Assembly (NCBI GenBank): GCA_965218095.1
Contig: OZ244587.1
Span: 5,760,001-5,824,000, forward strand
Direction of reading: 5' to 3'
Origin: Candidatus Poribacteria bacterium
GTDB lineage: Bacteria; Poribacteria; WGA-4E; PCPOR2b
DNA length: 64,000 nt
Shown: positions 1 through 10,177 of the stretch, in pieces
Numbering within the stretch: the first letter of the stretch is position 1
Layout of the letters: every line of letters starts with the position of its first letter
Notes under the pieces: model-generated
What the model was told of the DNA's origin: nothing
Seen by the model: only the letters and a program-made list of their open reading frames with translations
Database searches by the model: none
Position numbers and translations under genes: made by a program

Positions 1-2
1 AA

Positions 3-3000
3 CTGGCGGATACCCCGAACGACCCAGAATTGATGAGCTTATTGGCAGACGCATATCTTGAAAATGAGCAGGTGGATGAAGGCATAGCGCAATATCGCAA
101 AAGTGTCGAACTTGTCCCGACATCTGCTCCGGTTCGACAGAAACTTATCGCTGCCCTGCGCCGCGCCGAAAAGTTTGCAGAAGCCGCCGCCGAATATGAA
201 ACGCTCACCGTTCAGTTACCAGACGATTTTGGGATTTACCGCTCGCTCGGTGCGCTCTATCTCCAACTTGAACAACCTGCTCGTGCGCGTGCCGCTTATG
301 AACGGATGCTTGCACGCAATCCCGAAAACGCTAGCACACATCTCACTCTCGCCGAAATTTACGCAGGACACGAGTGGTTCGATGAGGCAATCGCTGCGTA
401 TGAAAAGGCGATTGCACTTGCCCCGGCGAATTTGGACTATATCGAGTATCTCGGCGAATTCTACTTCCGTCGAGGAGATCGTGAGAAAACGGTTGAAACC
501 TGGAATCGGCTTGTTGAGGGAGAGCGAGCTGTCGCTCAAAATTATGACCGTCTCGCTCAACTACTCAATGCCAAAGATTTCCAAGCGGAAGCGGTCACCG
601 CAAGCCGAAAAGCGGTTAAACTTGCGCCGACCAAATATCAGTATAGAGAAGCGTTAGCCAAACGGCTGATAGAAGCTAAGAACTTCGATGAGGCAATAAC
701 CCAGTTTACCGAGGCAACAAAACACGCCTCCAATGACTTCTTCGCTGAACAGATGGCAGAACAACAGATTGAAGTTTATCGGCAGCAGGGTGTTTTGGAG
801 GACAAAGTTGCCGAATTAGAAGCACAACCACAGCGTTTCGACGGGCAAAAGTTGCTCGCTAAGATGTACCTGAGGTTGAAAAATACCACCGCTGCTGCTG
901 AGGCTCTGGAGAAGGCATTACCGCTCAACTCTGACGATGTTCCTGTCAACCGGTCGCTTGCGGAGATTTACGTACAACTCAGACGGCATGACAACGCCAA
1001 AGCGGCTTATGCTCGTCTCATCGCCCTTGACAGCGGCAACGCCCGCGAATACCACGCTGAGCTAGCACGCTTACATTTGGGCATGATGGATTTCGATGCT
1101 GCTAAGGAAGCCGCCAAACAGGTGCTAGCACATAGCCCGCGCAATCCCAAAGGACATCAGATCCTCGCCGAAATCGCCCTGAAAGCAGGTGATTATCTGA
1201 GTGGGGTTGAGAGTCTAAAGCAGGCGGTTCGTCTCCGCCCTGAGGCGACAAAGATTCGTGTGGAACTTGCAGAAGCCTATAAACTGGCGGACAATCCGCG
1301 CCAAGCGGTTGGGCAGTATTGGCGGTGTTGGGAGTTGAGCGATAACCTCAACGACAAGCTCGGATTCGTCAAGCTACTGTCAGATGCATACTACGACATG
1401 GGGAGACAGCAAGAGTTCACCGAAAAACTCCAGCAGATGTCAAAAACAAATCCATCTGATATAGCTCCGGTACTTGCATTCGCAGAGCTGTACCGCATCG
1501 AGGGAGACCTTTCTGCCTCCCGAACACAACTCGCCCGTGCACTCGACCGGGACAGTGAAAATAGCGAGCTGCTGAGTCAATTAGTTGATGTCAGCCTCAA
1601 GCTAGGGGAGACACAAGATGCCTTGACCTATCAACAAAGGCTCGTCGCGGTAGAGCCAGATGCGCTCAATCAACAACGTTTGGGCAAACTTCTATTCGAT
1701 GTCGGGCGTGAACAGGAGGCGGTGCAGGTGTGGACGAAGTTGCTACACGCGAAAAATCAGACGCTAGAGGCATTGATGAAATTGGCGGAGTTGCTGATCC
1801 AATATGATCTACGTCCTTTAGCGTTCTCTGCACTTGACCGTATAGCGGAGCAGGTCCATAAGCCGAAAGCGGTCTATCGGCTTGGAGCTATCCTCGTTGA
1901 AATGGGCGAGTTAGAGCGCGCCCGTCCTTACTTTGAGCGCATCCTGCAAATGCCCAAACCACAATCACCCAAAAACGCCAAACCGATCTCACAACCCTCC
2001 CTATCTGTTCAGGACCCTCTGTGGCGGATCAGAAATACCATCCACAGCGTTGAACAGCGATTGGACAGTCACGGTGGGGTGATATTCCTCAGTCAAGGTC
2101 AGGGAATATGGCTGCCATCGAGCTTTGAAGACACACAAGCTGCGGCATTGGCACAGCTAATCCGGATTGCGCGACAGCGTGAGGAGTTGCAAGAGCTCAT
2201 CAATGGGTTTGAAGCCGAGGCAGCGGCGAATCCGAAAGATTTGCAACTGCTTGAGCGGCTGTTATATGTTTATACTATGACGTATAACGACAAGAAAGCA
2301 GTTGAGGTTGTGAACCGTTTGGTGACACTCTCGCCTGATGACCCTACCTATCGGGATATGCAGTTTCAGTTCGTGATGCAGGACCACAACCCCGACTACG
2401 AAACAGTCCAGGGATACCTCGCCCAAATCCCAGCGACCATTCCTCAAGTGCACCTCCAGTATACCACACAGTCAACGATGCGATTCCTCCAAGTTGGTAA
2501 AAAATCTGCTGCTGAGAAACTATTGGCACAATTCAAAAATGAAAAAATGACCGACCTCGCTACCGGGACAATGCTCATCACTGCCTTCTCGCAACTCGGA
2601 GACACCGAAACGGCGGAAAAGATGCTTGCGCATTTCCCAGTGCCTACGCCGCCGGTATTGCAGCCCTCCGCACCCTTATCTGCCATAAACCGTAGTCAAA
2701 TGTGGCAGCAATACACCAACATTTACCAAGCCCTTGCAGGGGCGTATATCGACAAGGGAGAGACAGACAAAGGCGTTGAGGTACTCTGGTCGCTATTCGA
2801 GCGGACACAACCAAACATCAATACATCACATTGGATGGCATCGTCGGCATACAGCCGCTGGCGTACCAGTTCATCTACGCCCTTATACCCTGCACCGAAC
2901 ACCTACTACGATCGAAACCGCTTTGAGTTACTTCGACAGCTATTCGGTTATCTCTGGCTGAAAGATCAACTCGATATCCTGTACACGAAGCTTCAGATGG

Positions 3001-6000
3001 CGTTTGAGCAGGGGAATAGGCGGGAGCGCATCTTCTCCGGATTAGCACTAAGTTACTGCTATTGGTGGGAAGGTAGACGCGACGAATCTCAGCAGCTCCT
3101 CGAAACTATGAGAGCGAAAAACAACGGCGACCTTACGCTGAAACTCCACATGCCCCTCGTTTTGATTCAGACGGGGAAACAGGAGGCAGCGATTTCCCTA
3201 CTGACCAAACTCGCTGACAGTGACCCACGGAATCGTCTGCAGTATATCGCCCTTGTCTTTCGTCTTGCGCTACAGAGAGGGAACACGACGAAAATCCGTG
3301 AGCTAGTGATGAACCTCCTCAATTCACCAGCGAGTGTCCGTGAATTACACCAGTTTTCGGAGAGACTACACGAAGTCGGATTAACGCAATACGCAATCGC
3401 TATCGCCAAAAAAGCGGCGGACCTTGCAATGGGGCAAAATGACCTAAATTCCCTCAGTATGCTAAGCCAGCATCTCGAAGCACTCGGCAGGGGACAGGAG
3501 GCAGCAGCGCTCGCGAAGCGTGTCGCGCGTCTTACGAAACACCGTATCCGCCCCGGTCAAGCTATACATCCACGGAGGCAGGCAACTCGTCTGAGTCCAA
3601 GAGAAGCACTCCAACGCGAGCCTCGGTTAGTTGAAGCCGCTGAAAAGCACCCCAACTCCTTCCAAGCGCAAGCGGATTTGGCGGCGTTGTACGAAAGCAC
3701 AAATCAGACGAAAAAAGCCATCCCTGTCCTCGCCAAAGCGGTTGCCTTGCGCCCGAAAAATTCGAGACTCCGTAAACGTTACGCAGGAGCACTACAGCGT
3801 GACAAACAGATGGACAAGGCAGTAGAACAGTACAGTATCGTGCTTCGAGAAGACCCCAGCGTCTTCGTCAACCACGACATTGTGGGGTCACCCATAAATA
3901 TCTTCATGGAGGCAGGGAAATTAAATGAGCTCGTCGCTGTCGCAAAGGAGATGATTGCCTCGTCTGGTGGGTGGTATGAAACCAATTTTGCGGAAGTGGT
4001 GGCACGGAAATGTGTGCAAAATAACGCTCCGAAGCTTGCCATTGAATTCTATGAAAAGTTGATTGAGGTGCGTCCAAGCAACTTTGACTTCTACCTTCGA
4101 CTGTCCCACGCCTATACCGCTGTAGGAGAGCGCGAACGGGCAATTGAGTGCGTCCGTGATGGACTCAAGGTAAGCATCTCCTCTTCGAAGAATCAGCATC
4201 AACAGGAAAGGCTCGTCTCAAGGTTGATTAAACTCAGCAGAGGGACAAAGACATTCAGTACACTTATCGCCGATTTTGAAGCGCAGCTAGCAACAAAACC
4301 CAACAATCTGTCGCTGACCTGGCTCATTGCGTACATGCATATTAAAGCGAGGCAGCTTGAGGCGTCCGATATTTTTGTTGCAAAACTGCTTGGGAGCGAA
4401 CAGAAGATTATCGAATATTCGTCGGGTATGGACCCGCAGTGGTTCACCATGCTTGCTGATGCCTACCGTCAAGTGGGAGACCACAAGCGTCAAATGAAAC
4501 TCCTTGAAGCGGTTATTGAGAAAGTAGAGCATCAAATGGCTTTATGGGATTTTCGAGGAATTACATCTTTCTACCTCTACAGGCAGTTAGGGGCAACTTA
4601 TGTCCAAAATGGGAAGAAAGAGAAGGCGCAGCAGCTCTTTCGCAAAATAATACCAATACGTATGGCGCTATCTTGGGACATTAACAATGAGAAGCAACGC
4701 ATCGCAGAACTGTACATGCGACTCGAGATGTGGGACGACGCTGAAACTCTATTCACCGAAATTGCTAACAACTTCTTCGTGCATGGACATGGCAAGCAGC
4801 GGGCACAAAAGGGGTTGATAAAAATCAGAAAAGAGCGCGGTGACTTGCCGGCAACCCCGCAGCCGGCCAAGAAGATAGAGGGGATAGACATCAGACTACA
4901 ACGCAAAAAAGCGGAGGAGTATACGTGGAGGGGCGAAATCGAAAAAGCGGTGGGAATTTACAAACAGCTTATCGCGAAAATGCCCGAAGACCACAGATCA
5001 CACGCTGCGCTCGCCAGGCTTTACTCAAAACAAAGTAGGCACGATGAAGCTATCTCCACATGGCGGTCGTTGCTCAAGGTTGACCCAGAAAACACACAAT
5101 ACCGGTCTGGGCTCGCAGAAGCGTATCGAGCCGCTGGTATGTTTCCGGAAGCACTCGAAATCGTACAGAAATTGATTGCGGAGAATCCGTCAACCGCTTA
5201 TTACTCACAGCTAGCCCTAGTTTACATAGTGGGCAACCGCTTCAACGATGCCATTAAAGCATACCAAAAAGGGATTGAGCTTACCCCTAACGACTGGCGA
5301 GTGTATAAAGACTTAGCACAACTTTACGCTCAAACAGGTGACCTCGAAACTGCCGAAAAAACGTACAAAACGGCACTGCAATTGACGAGAAACGAATCTG
5401 AGCGTCGCACCATTAACAAACAATTAGCGGAAGTCTACCTACAGCAAAGCGAATTAGAGGAAGCACTCAAGAAGATGGAGGCAGAAGGGGTACTCACTTT
5501 TGCAAGATTGGAAAAACTGGCACAAAAGTACCATAAACAAGGTAAGTTGGAGGAAGCGGCCATGGCATACAAGAAGGCATTCGGGATGGCCCCTGGCAAC
5601 TGGTATCGTAACAAAATTGTCCAGCAACTATTTCATATTTACCGGAAGCAAGGCAGTTTAGAGGAGATACTCGCAAAAGCAGAGGGAGCAGATACCCCCG
5701 CTGCTGAGATAAACATTGAGCTGCAAAAAACATTGGCAAAGGAATATATGGAAATGGGCGAAATTGAAAAAGCGATTGAGGTTGCCAAACAAGTTATCGT
5801 ACGCAACCCCGAAGACCACAAATTTCGTGCCGCGCTTGCTAAGTTCTACACGGGGCACAAGATGCACGATGAAGCGATCGTCGTATTAAAGAAGCTGATT
5901 GAAGCCGACCCGAAAAACAAACGGTATCGGGACCAACTTGCGAGTGCATACCGAGCAGCCAACCGCCTCGACGATGCTGTTTCCACGTATCGAAAAGCCA

Positions 6001-9000
6001 TCGAACTCAACCCCGGCAACCGGTGGCTGCATACACAATTGGCGCGACTTTACATTCAAAAAGGTGACATTGATGCCGCCGAAAAGATGTACAAAACGGC
6101 ACTGCAATTTCCGGATGAAGAATCGGGGAGGATATATGAAGAGTTAGGGCAACTTTACATGCGAAAGGGTGACTTTGATGCTGCCGAAAAAACCTACAAA
6201 GAGGTGCGGATGTATAGAGAATTGGGAAAACTTTATATACAAAAAGGTGACATTGATGCTGCTGAACAGACGTACAAAAAGGCAGGGATGTATAGAGAAT
6301 TGGGAAAACTTTACATACAAAAAGGCGACATTGATGCTGCTGAAAAGGCGTATAAAAAGGCAGTGGAATTTAGGAATAAAGAATCAGGGAGGGTATATGA
6401 TGAATTAGGGCAACTTTACACGCAAAAGGACGACATTGATGCTGCTGAAAAGGCGTATAAAAAGGCAGTGAAATTTACGAAAGGAAACTGGGAGCGGCGC
6501 CGCATTGAACGGCAACTGATGGAATTTTATCGGCAGCAGGGCAAGTTAGCGGATGTCCTCAAAAAAGCGGAGGCGGAAGGGACGCTCACTTTTGAGATGT
6601 TACGTGCACAGGCGCGGGAGTACCGCAGTCAAGGGAAATTGGAGGAAGCAGCTACTGCATACAAGAAGGTACTCGGGCTAATCAATACTCAAAACTGGGA
6701 GCATCGCAACATTAGCTGGGAACTCCTTACAATGTACCAGCAGCAGAGCAATTGGGAGGAGGCGTTCAAGAGGGCCGAGGCGGAAGGCATCCTCACTTCT
6801 GAAATGGTACACCAACAGGGGCAAGCATATCGCAAACAAGGGAAGTTGGAGGAAGCGATCACCACATACAAGAAGGCTATTGAAATGACCACTCAAAACT
6901 CAAGGCACAGCGCGTTCGATTCAGAACTGCTCAGCCTGTACATCGAGATCGGCGATGTTGACGCTGCAGTTAAGCTATACGAAATCTCACCATCGCAATC
7001 GCATTTCGAGCAGACGAGCGGGGAATCCTTCAGCTACACGCCATCTGGTATCAAAACCCACCTCCTTGGAGACAGCGCACGCAAGCAGATAATTGAATGG
7101 TACAAACAACAGGGCAAACTTCATGAGCTAGTAACCTATTTTGAAAGTCGGTTCAAGCAGAAGCCAGAAAGTCCGGCTATCGTTGAAATACTCGCCGAGG
7201 CTTACAACCATCAGAATGAACATGCGAAGGCTGCGGAGAAGTACCAGCAACTCAGCAGGTTACAACCTGCAAAGCTTCGCACGTTCTACCTTGCCGCCGC
7301 TGCCTTCAACAGAAGCGGTCAACCGGAGCGCACAAAAGAGATGCTGCAGCAAGGGGCTACTGGACTCGCAGGTCATCGTCGTGCTCAGCGTTCTGTGGAT
7401 TCTCGGCTTTTGGGGACAATAGCCACGATTTGCATTGATGGCGAACTCTACGATACCGCTATCACATTTGCGGAAGATGCCATCACCGAAGCGCGCAGGC
7501 GCGGTGATGGCTGGGTACTTAATTTCATATACCCTGTACTCGGAAAAGCCTTTATCGATACGAAGCGTTACGAGGAAACTGCCAACGCCTATTATCAGTT
7601 GCGAGATAGCGCAGAAAACCGGCGCATTTTGAACGAGGCAGATGCTGCGTTGCAGAAGCTATACAAAGTGGATGAAAATCTGTTCGACCAGCTAGTAGCG
7701 AAACGGATAGAAGCGGTTGAAGCCAATCCTGACGATGCAGACGCACATTATGCCCTCGCACAGACTTACGAGTCGAACGGCAAGCTCGATGAGGCAATCG
7801 CCGTGTACGAAAAACTCAGTGAACTCCAATCCAATAACGTGGAGTGGCTCATGACTCTCGGCGACCTCTACCAGCAGCCGCGTGAGACAGCGAAATCTGT
7901 GGAAGGTAACGGGCTCCGTCTCAACGATAACGGGAGTTTCGTCGAGCTCAATGACAACGCCGTTCTGAACGCTATTCGCACACAACTTACAGTCGAGGCG
8001 TGGATAAAACCGACCCGGTTTTATAATAGGTATATACTCTACAAAGGCGATACCCAGAATCGAAACCTCACCAATCGCAGCTTTGCCCTTTGGATGTCCA
8101 GCAGTAACGCGATCCGGTTCAGTGCTTCGCCAGACGGATGGCAGGAAATCAGCACCTCTTCGCCTAGGGGCGTGGTCTTGCCCAATAGATGGCATCACAT
8201 CGCAGGTGTACTGGATACGCAGGCAGGCTTGATGAAACTCTACATTGACGGCCTAGCGGTCGCCAGTCGGAGTTTTCCGAAGAAACCAGTCTATAAAAGC
8301 CAACTCCCGCTCCGCATCGGTTTCGGTTGGGAGGAACCCAGCCAGGTCTCCTTCAAGGGGGAACTTGCCGACGTTCGTATCTGGAATACCGTACGCACGA
8401 CTCAAGAGATTCAATCTCACATGAATGTTACCTTGACGGGTGACGAACCCGGTTTAGTGGGCTTTGTGCAGCAATTCGGTGAGAGCGTTGATACGCCGCC
8501 AAACCACCTTAGCGGAAGGTTTGTTAGCGACGTGGAGGTTGTCAGTTATACCCGTCCCCTTTTTGCTATGGTGACCGCAGAACATCTAACGAAAGCGGCG
8601 GCGGCATACGAAAAAGTGCTCGCACTGGAGCCGAGAGCGTATTCGCTCTACGAGACGCTGGCGAAGACTTATTTCAGGTTGAATCGAGTCGACCATGCCG
8701 CGGCGACCTATCGTAGGGCGATTGATGCACCGCTTGCTCATACTCATGTTTATAGAAAAATCGGTTTCCGCGGAAAGGACTTTGAGGAGACGCTTGATCA
8801 GAGCAAACGTGATTCAGTTATTCGCCTTTTGTGGCGGCTCTACGCCGACCGCTCCCAGTTTGAGAAGGGCATTGCAACCCTTGAAGCACTCAAGCCGAAG
8901 ATGGCGTCCAATGCCACACTGAATAAACTGCTCGGCGACGCCTACAAGGAGGTGGGTGATAGTGAAAAGTCCGATGCTGCTTACGCCAAATGGGTTGAGA

Positions 9001-9971
9001 TACACTATATCGACCAATACAGTTACTCTAATCTTGCCTCACAACTGCTTGATATGGAGTTCATGCCCGAACAGGCGGTTAAATTCGCAAAACTCGCCGG
9101 CTCGGACACGACCGATTTGAGCCTGCTTGGACGCGCCTATCTCGCCAACAGACAGTACGTTGAAGCATTAGAGGAATTTAAGCACAGACTGAGCAACCCT
9201 GCTATCTTGACGCGGATTGGTTACTGGTCGAGTACGACTCTTGAGGACGCTTACGTTCAACTGTGGTTGGATATTGCGGCGGCGGGTAGGCGGGCAAAAG
9301 ACAGGGCGCGCTATATTGAGATGATAGAAAACTTGGTGAACGCCGTGCCGGACAATCCGACGATTCAACTCCACGCCAATCTGGAACTTTCAAAATTGTA
9401 CCATGAACAGGTGCAACTGGATAAAAGCCGAGAACATCTGAATAGAACCGGCATGATTACCGGAAATGCGTTGTGGATTATCGGTCCATTTGACAACAGC
9501 GATGGAAACGGTTACAGGGCAGCGTACATTCCAGAAGGTACGCCCCAGCTTGACACCACAGTGACCTACCCTGAGAAGATGGGTGCGGAACAACAGCTCG
9601 CTTGGAAACAGCTAGGCGCGGAAAATGTCTCCGCCGCCGGCTCAGTTGCGCTCGGCAAACTCTTCGACGGAGAAGTTGATTCAGGGACAGCGTATGCGAC
9701 AACGACGATGGACGTGCCGACTGAACGCACTGCCCAAATTCGATTCGGAAGTGACGGCCAAATAAAGTTTTGGCTCGACAGTAAGGAAATCTTCGCACGC
9801 GATACATCGCATTTGGCAGTTGTCGATGGGGATATAATTCCTGTTACACTCAATGCGGGTGATAATCGGATACTCGTCAAAGTATGTAGGACTGGGCTTC
9901 CTTGGCGATTCTATCTGCGGATCACGGACACGAACGGGAAGCCATTTGAGGATTTGGAGTTTGGGAAATAA
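3..9971 (+). CDS. Giant tetratricopeptide-repeat protein (>3300 aa, 5' end outside window) with LamG/concanavalin-like domain (~7900-8550) and C-terminal PA14/GLEYA-like beta-sandwich (~9470-9971)
   Basis: Frame is open from base 3 (LADTPNDPELMSLL) and aligns to residue ~300 of the downstream paralog (LAETPNDVELIGLL). Dozens of TPR motifs. LamG signature (TVEAWIKP...WHHIAGV...LYIDG...FKGELADVRIWN). Tail WIIGPFDN...GSDGQIKFWLD...VTLNAGDNRILVKV. Confidence 0.9.
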   Translation: MADTPNDPELMSLLADAYLENEQVDEGIAQYRKSVELVPTSAPVRQKLIAALRRAEKFAEAAAEYETLTVQLPDDFGIYRSLGALYLQLEQPARARAAYERMLARNPENASTHLTLAEIYAGHEWFDEAIAAYEKAIALAPANLDYIEYLGEFYFRRGDREKTVETWNRLVEGERAVAQNYDRLAQLLNAKDFQAEAVTASRKAVKLAPTKYQYREALAKRLIEAKNFDEAITQFTEATKHASNDFFAEQMAEQQIEVYRQQGVLEDKVAELEAQPQRFDGQKLLAKMYLRLKNTTAAAEALEKALPLNSDDVPVNRSLAEIYVQLRRHDNAKAAYARLIALDSGNAREYHAELARLHLGMMDFDAAKEAAKQVLAHSPRNPKGHQILAEIALKAGDYLSGVESLKQAVRLRPEATKIRVELAEAYKLADNPRQAVGQYWRCWELSDNLNDKLGFVKLLSDAYYDMGRQQEFTEKLQQMSKTNPSDIAPVLAFAELYRIEGDLSASRTQLARALDRDSENSELLSQLVDVSLKLGETQDALTYQQRLVAVEPDALNQQRLGKLLFDVGREQEAVQVWTKLLHAKNQTLEALMKLAELLIQYDLRPLAFSALDRIAEQVHKPKAVYRLGAILVEMGELERARPYFERILQMPKPQSPKNAKPISQPSLSVQDPLWRIRNTIHSVEQRLDSHGGVIFLSQGQGIWLPSSFEDTQAAALAQLIRIARQREELQELINGFEAEAAANPKDLQLLERLLYVYTMTYNDKKAVEVVNRLVTLSPDDPTYRDMQFQFVMQDHNPDYETVQGYLAQIPATIPQVHLQYTTQSTMRFLQVGKKSAAEKLLAQFKNEKMTDLATGTMLITAFSQLGDTETAEKMLAHFPVPTPPVLQPSAPLSAINRSQMWQQYTNIYQALAGAYIDKGETDKGVEVLWSLFERTQPNINTSHWMASSAYSRWRTSSSTPLYPAPNTYYDRNRFELLRQLFGYLWLKDQLDILYTKLQMAFEQGNRRERIFSGLALSYCYWWEGRRDESQQLLETMRAKNNGDLTLKLHMPLVLIQTGKQEAAISLLTKLADSDPRNRLQYIALVFRLALQRGNTTKIRELVMNLLNSPASVRELHQFSERLHEVGLTQYAIAIAKKAADLAMGQNDLNSLSMLSQHLEALGRGQEAAALAKRVARLTKHRIRPGQAIHPRRQATRLSPREALQREPRLVEAAEKHPNSFQAQADLAALYESTNQTKKAIPVLAKAVALRPKNSRLRKRYAGALQRDKQMDKAVEQYSIVLREDPSVFVNHDIVGSPINIFMEAGKLNELVAVAKEMIASSGGWYETNFAEVVARKCVQNNAPKLAIEFYEKLIEVRPSNFDFYLRLSHAYTAVGERERAIECVRDGLKVSISSSKNQHQQERLVSRLIKLSRGTKTFSTLIADFEAQLATKPNNLSLTWLIAYMHIKARQLEASDIFVAKLLGSEQKIIEYSSGMDPQWFTMLADAYRQVGDHKRQMKLLEAVIEKVEHQMALWDFRGITSFYLYRQLGATYVQNGKKEKAQQLFRKIIPIRMALSWDINNEKQRIAELYMRLEMWDDAETLFTEIANNFFVHGHGKQRAQKGLIKIRKERGDLPATPQPAKKIEGIDIRLQRKKAEEYTWRGEIEKAVGIYKQLIAKMPEDHRSHAALARLYSKQSRHDEAISTWRSLLKVDPENTQYRSGLAEAYRAAGMFPEALEIVQKLIAENPSTAYYSQLALVYIVGNRFNDAIKAYQKGIELTPNDWRVYKDLAQLYAQTGDLETAEKTYKTALQLTRNESERRTINKQLAEVYLQQSELEEALKKMEAEGVLTFARLEKLAQKYHKQGKLEEAAMAYKKAFGMAPGNWYRNKIVQQLFHIYRKQGSLEEILAKAEGADTPAAEINIELQKTLAKEYMEMGEIEKAIEVAKQVIVRNPEDHKFRAALAKFYTGHKMHDEAIVVLKKLIEADPKNKRYRDQLASAYRAANRLDDAVSTYRKAIELNPGNRWLHTQLARLYIQKGDIDAAEKMYKTALQFPDEESGRIYEELGQLYMRKGDFDAAEKTYKEVRMYRELGKLYIQKGDIDAAEQTYKKAGMYRELGKLYIQKGDIDAAEKAYKKAVEFRNKESGRVYDELGQLYTQKDDIDAAEKAYKKAVKFTKGNWERRRIERQLMEFYRQQGKLADVLKKAEAEGTLTFEMLRAQAREYRSQGKLEEAATAYKKVLGLINTQNWEHRNISWELLTMYQQQSNWEEAFKRAEAEGILTSEMVHQQGQAYRKQGKLEEAITTYKKAIEMTTQNSRHSAFDSELLSLYIEIGDVDAAVKLYEISPSQSHFEQTSGESFSYTPSGIKTHLLGDSARKQIIEWYKQQGKLHELVTYFESRFKQKPESPAIVEILAEAYNHQNEHAKAAEKYQQLSRLQPAKLRTFYLAAAAFNRSGQPERTKEMLQQGATGLAGHRRAQRSVDSRLLGTIATICIDGELYDTAITFAEDAITEARRRGDGWVLNFIYPVLGKAFIDTKRYEETANAYYQLRDSAENRRILNEADAALQKLYKVDENLFDQLVAKRIEAVEANPDDADAHYALAQTYESNGKLDEAIAVYEKLSELQSNNVEWLMTLGDLYQQPRETAKSVEGNGLRLNDNGSFVELNDNAVLNAIRTQLTVEAWIKPTRFYNRYILYKGDTQNRNLTNRSFALWMSSSNAIRFSASPDGWQEISTSSPRGVVLPNRWHHIAGVLDTQAGLMKLYIDGLAVASRSFPKKPVYKSQLPLRIGFGWEEPSQVSFKGELADVRIWNTVRTTQEIQSHMNVTLTGDEPGLVGFVQQFGESVDTPPNHLSGRFVSDVEVVSYTRPLFAMVTAEHLTKAAAAYEKVLALEPRAYSLYETLAKTYFRLNRVDHAAATYRRAIDAPLAHTHVYRKIGFRGKDFEETLDQSKRDSVIRLLWRLYADRSQFEKGIATLEALKPKMASNATLNKLLGDAYKEVGDSEKSDAAYAKWVEIHYIDQYSYSNLASQLLDMEFMPEQAVKFAKLAGSDTTDLSLLGRAYLANRQYVEALEEFKHRLSNPAILTRIGYWSSTTLEDAYVQLWLDIAAAGRRAKDRARYIEMIENLVNAVPDNPTIQLHANLELSKLYHEQVQLDKSREHLNRTGMITGNALWIIGPFDNSDGNGYRAAYIPEGTPQLDTTVTYPEKMGAEQQLAWKQLGAENVSAAGSVALGKLFDGEVDSGTAYATTTMDVPTERTAQIRFGSDGQIKFWLDSKEIFARDTSHLAVVDGDIIPVTLNAGDNRILVKVCRTGLPWRFYLRITDTNGKPFEDLEFGK

Positions 9972-10177
9972 CGTGGCTGATTAAACTAATCTTCCTCATG
10001 TCCGTTTCCTCATGTCCGTCTTGAAACTTTAAGAAAGTCTTAAGTAAGTTATAATTTCTTTCATCTACATGGATCCGCGCCAGGAGCGGAGTCCCTAGAC
10101 TGAAAGTTAAACAAACTATTTATAAAATACTTATGCCATCTTCCAACCACACCTAATTCTCTCAAGGAGGAACTCTC

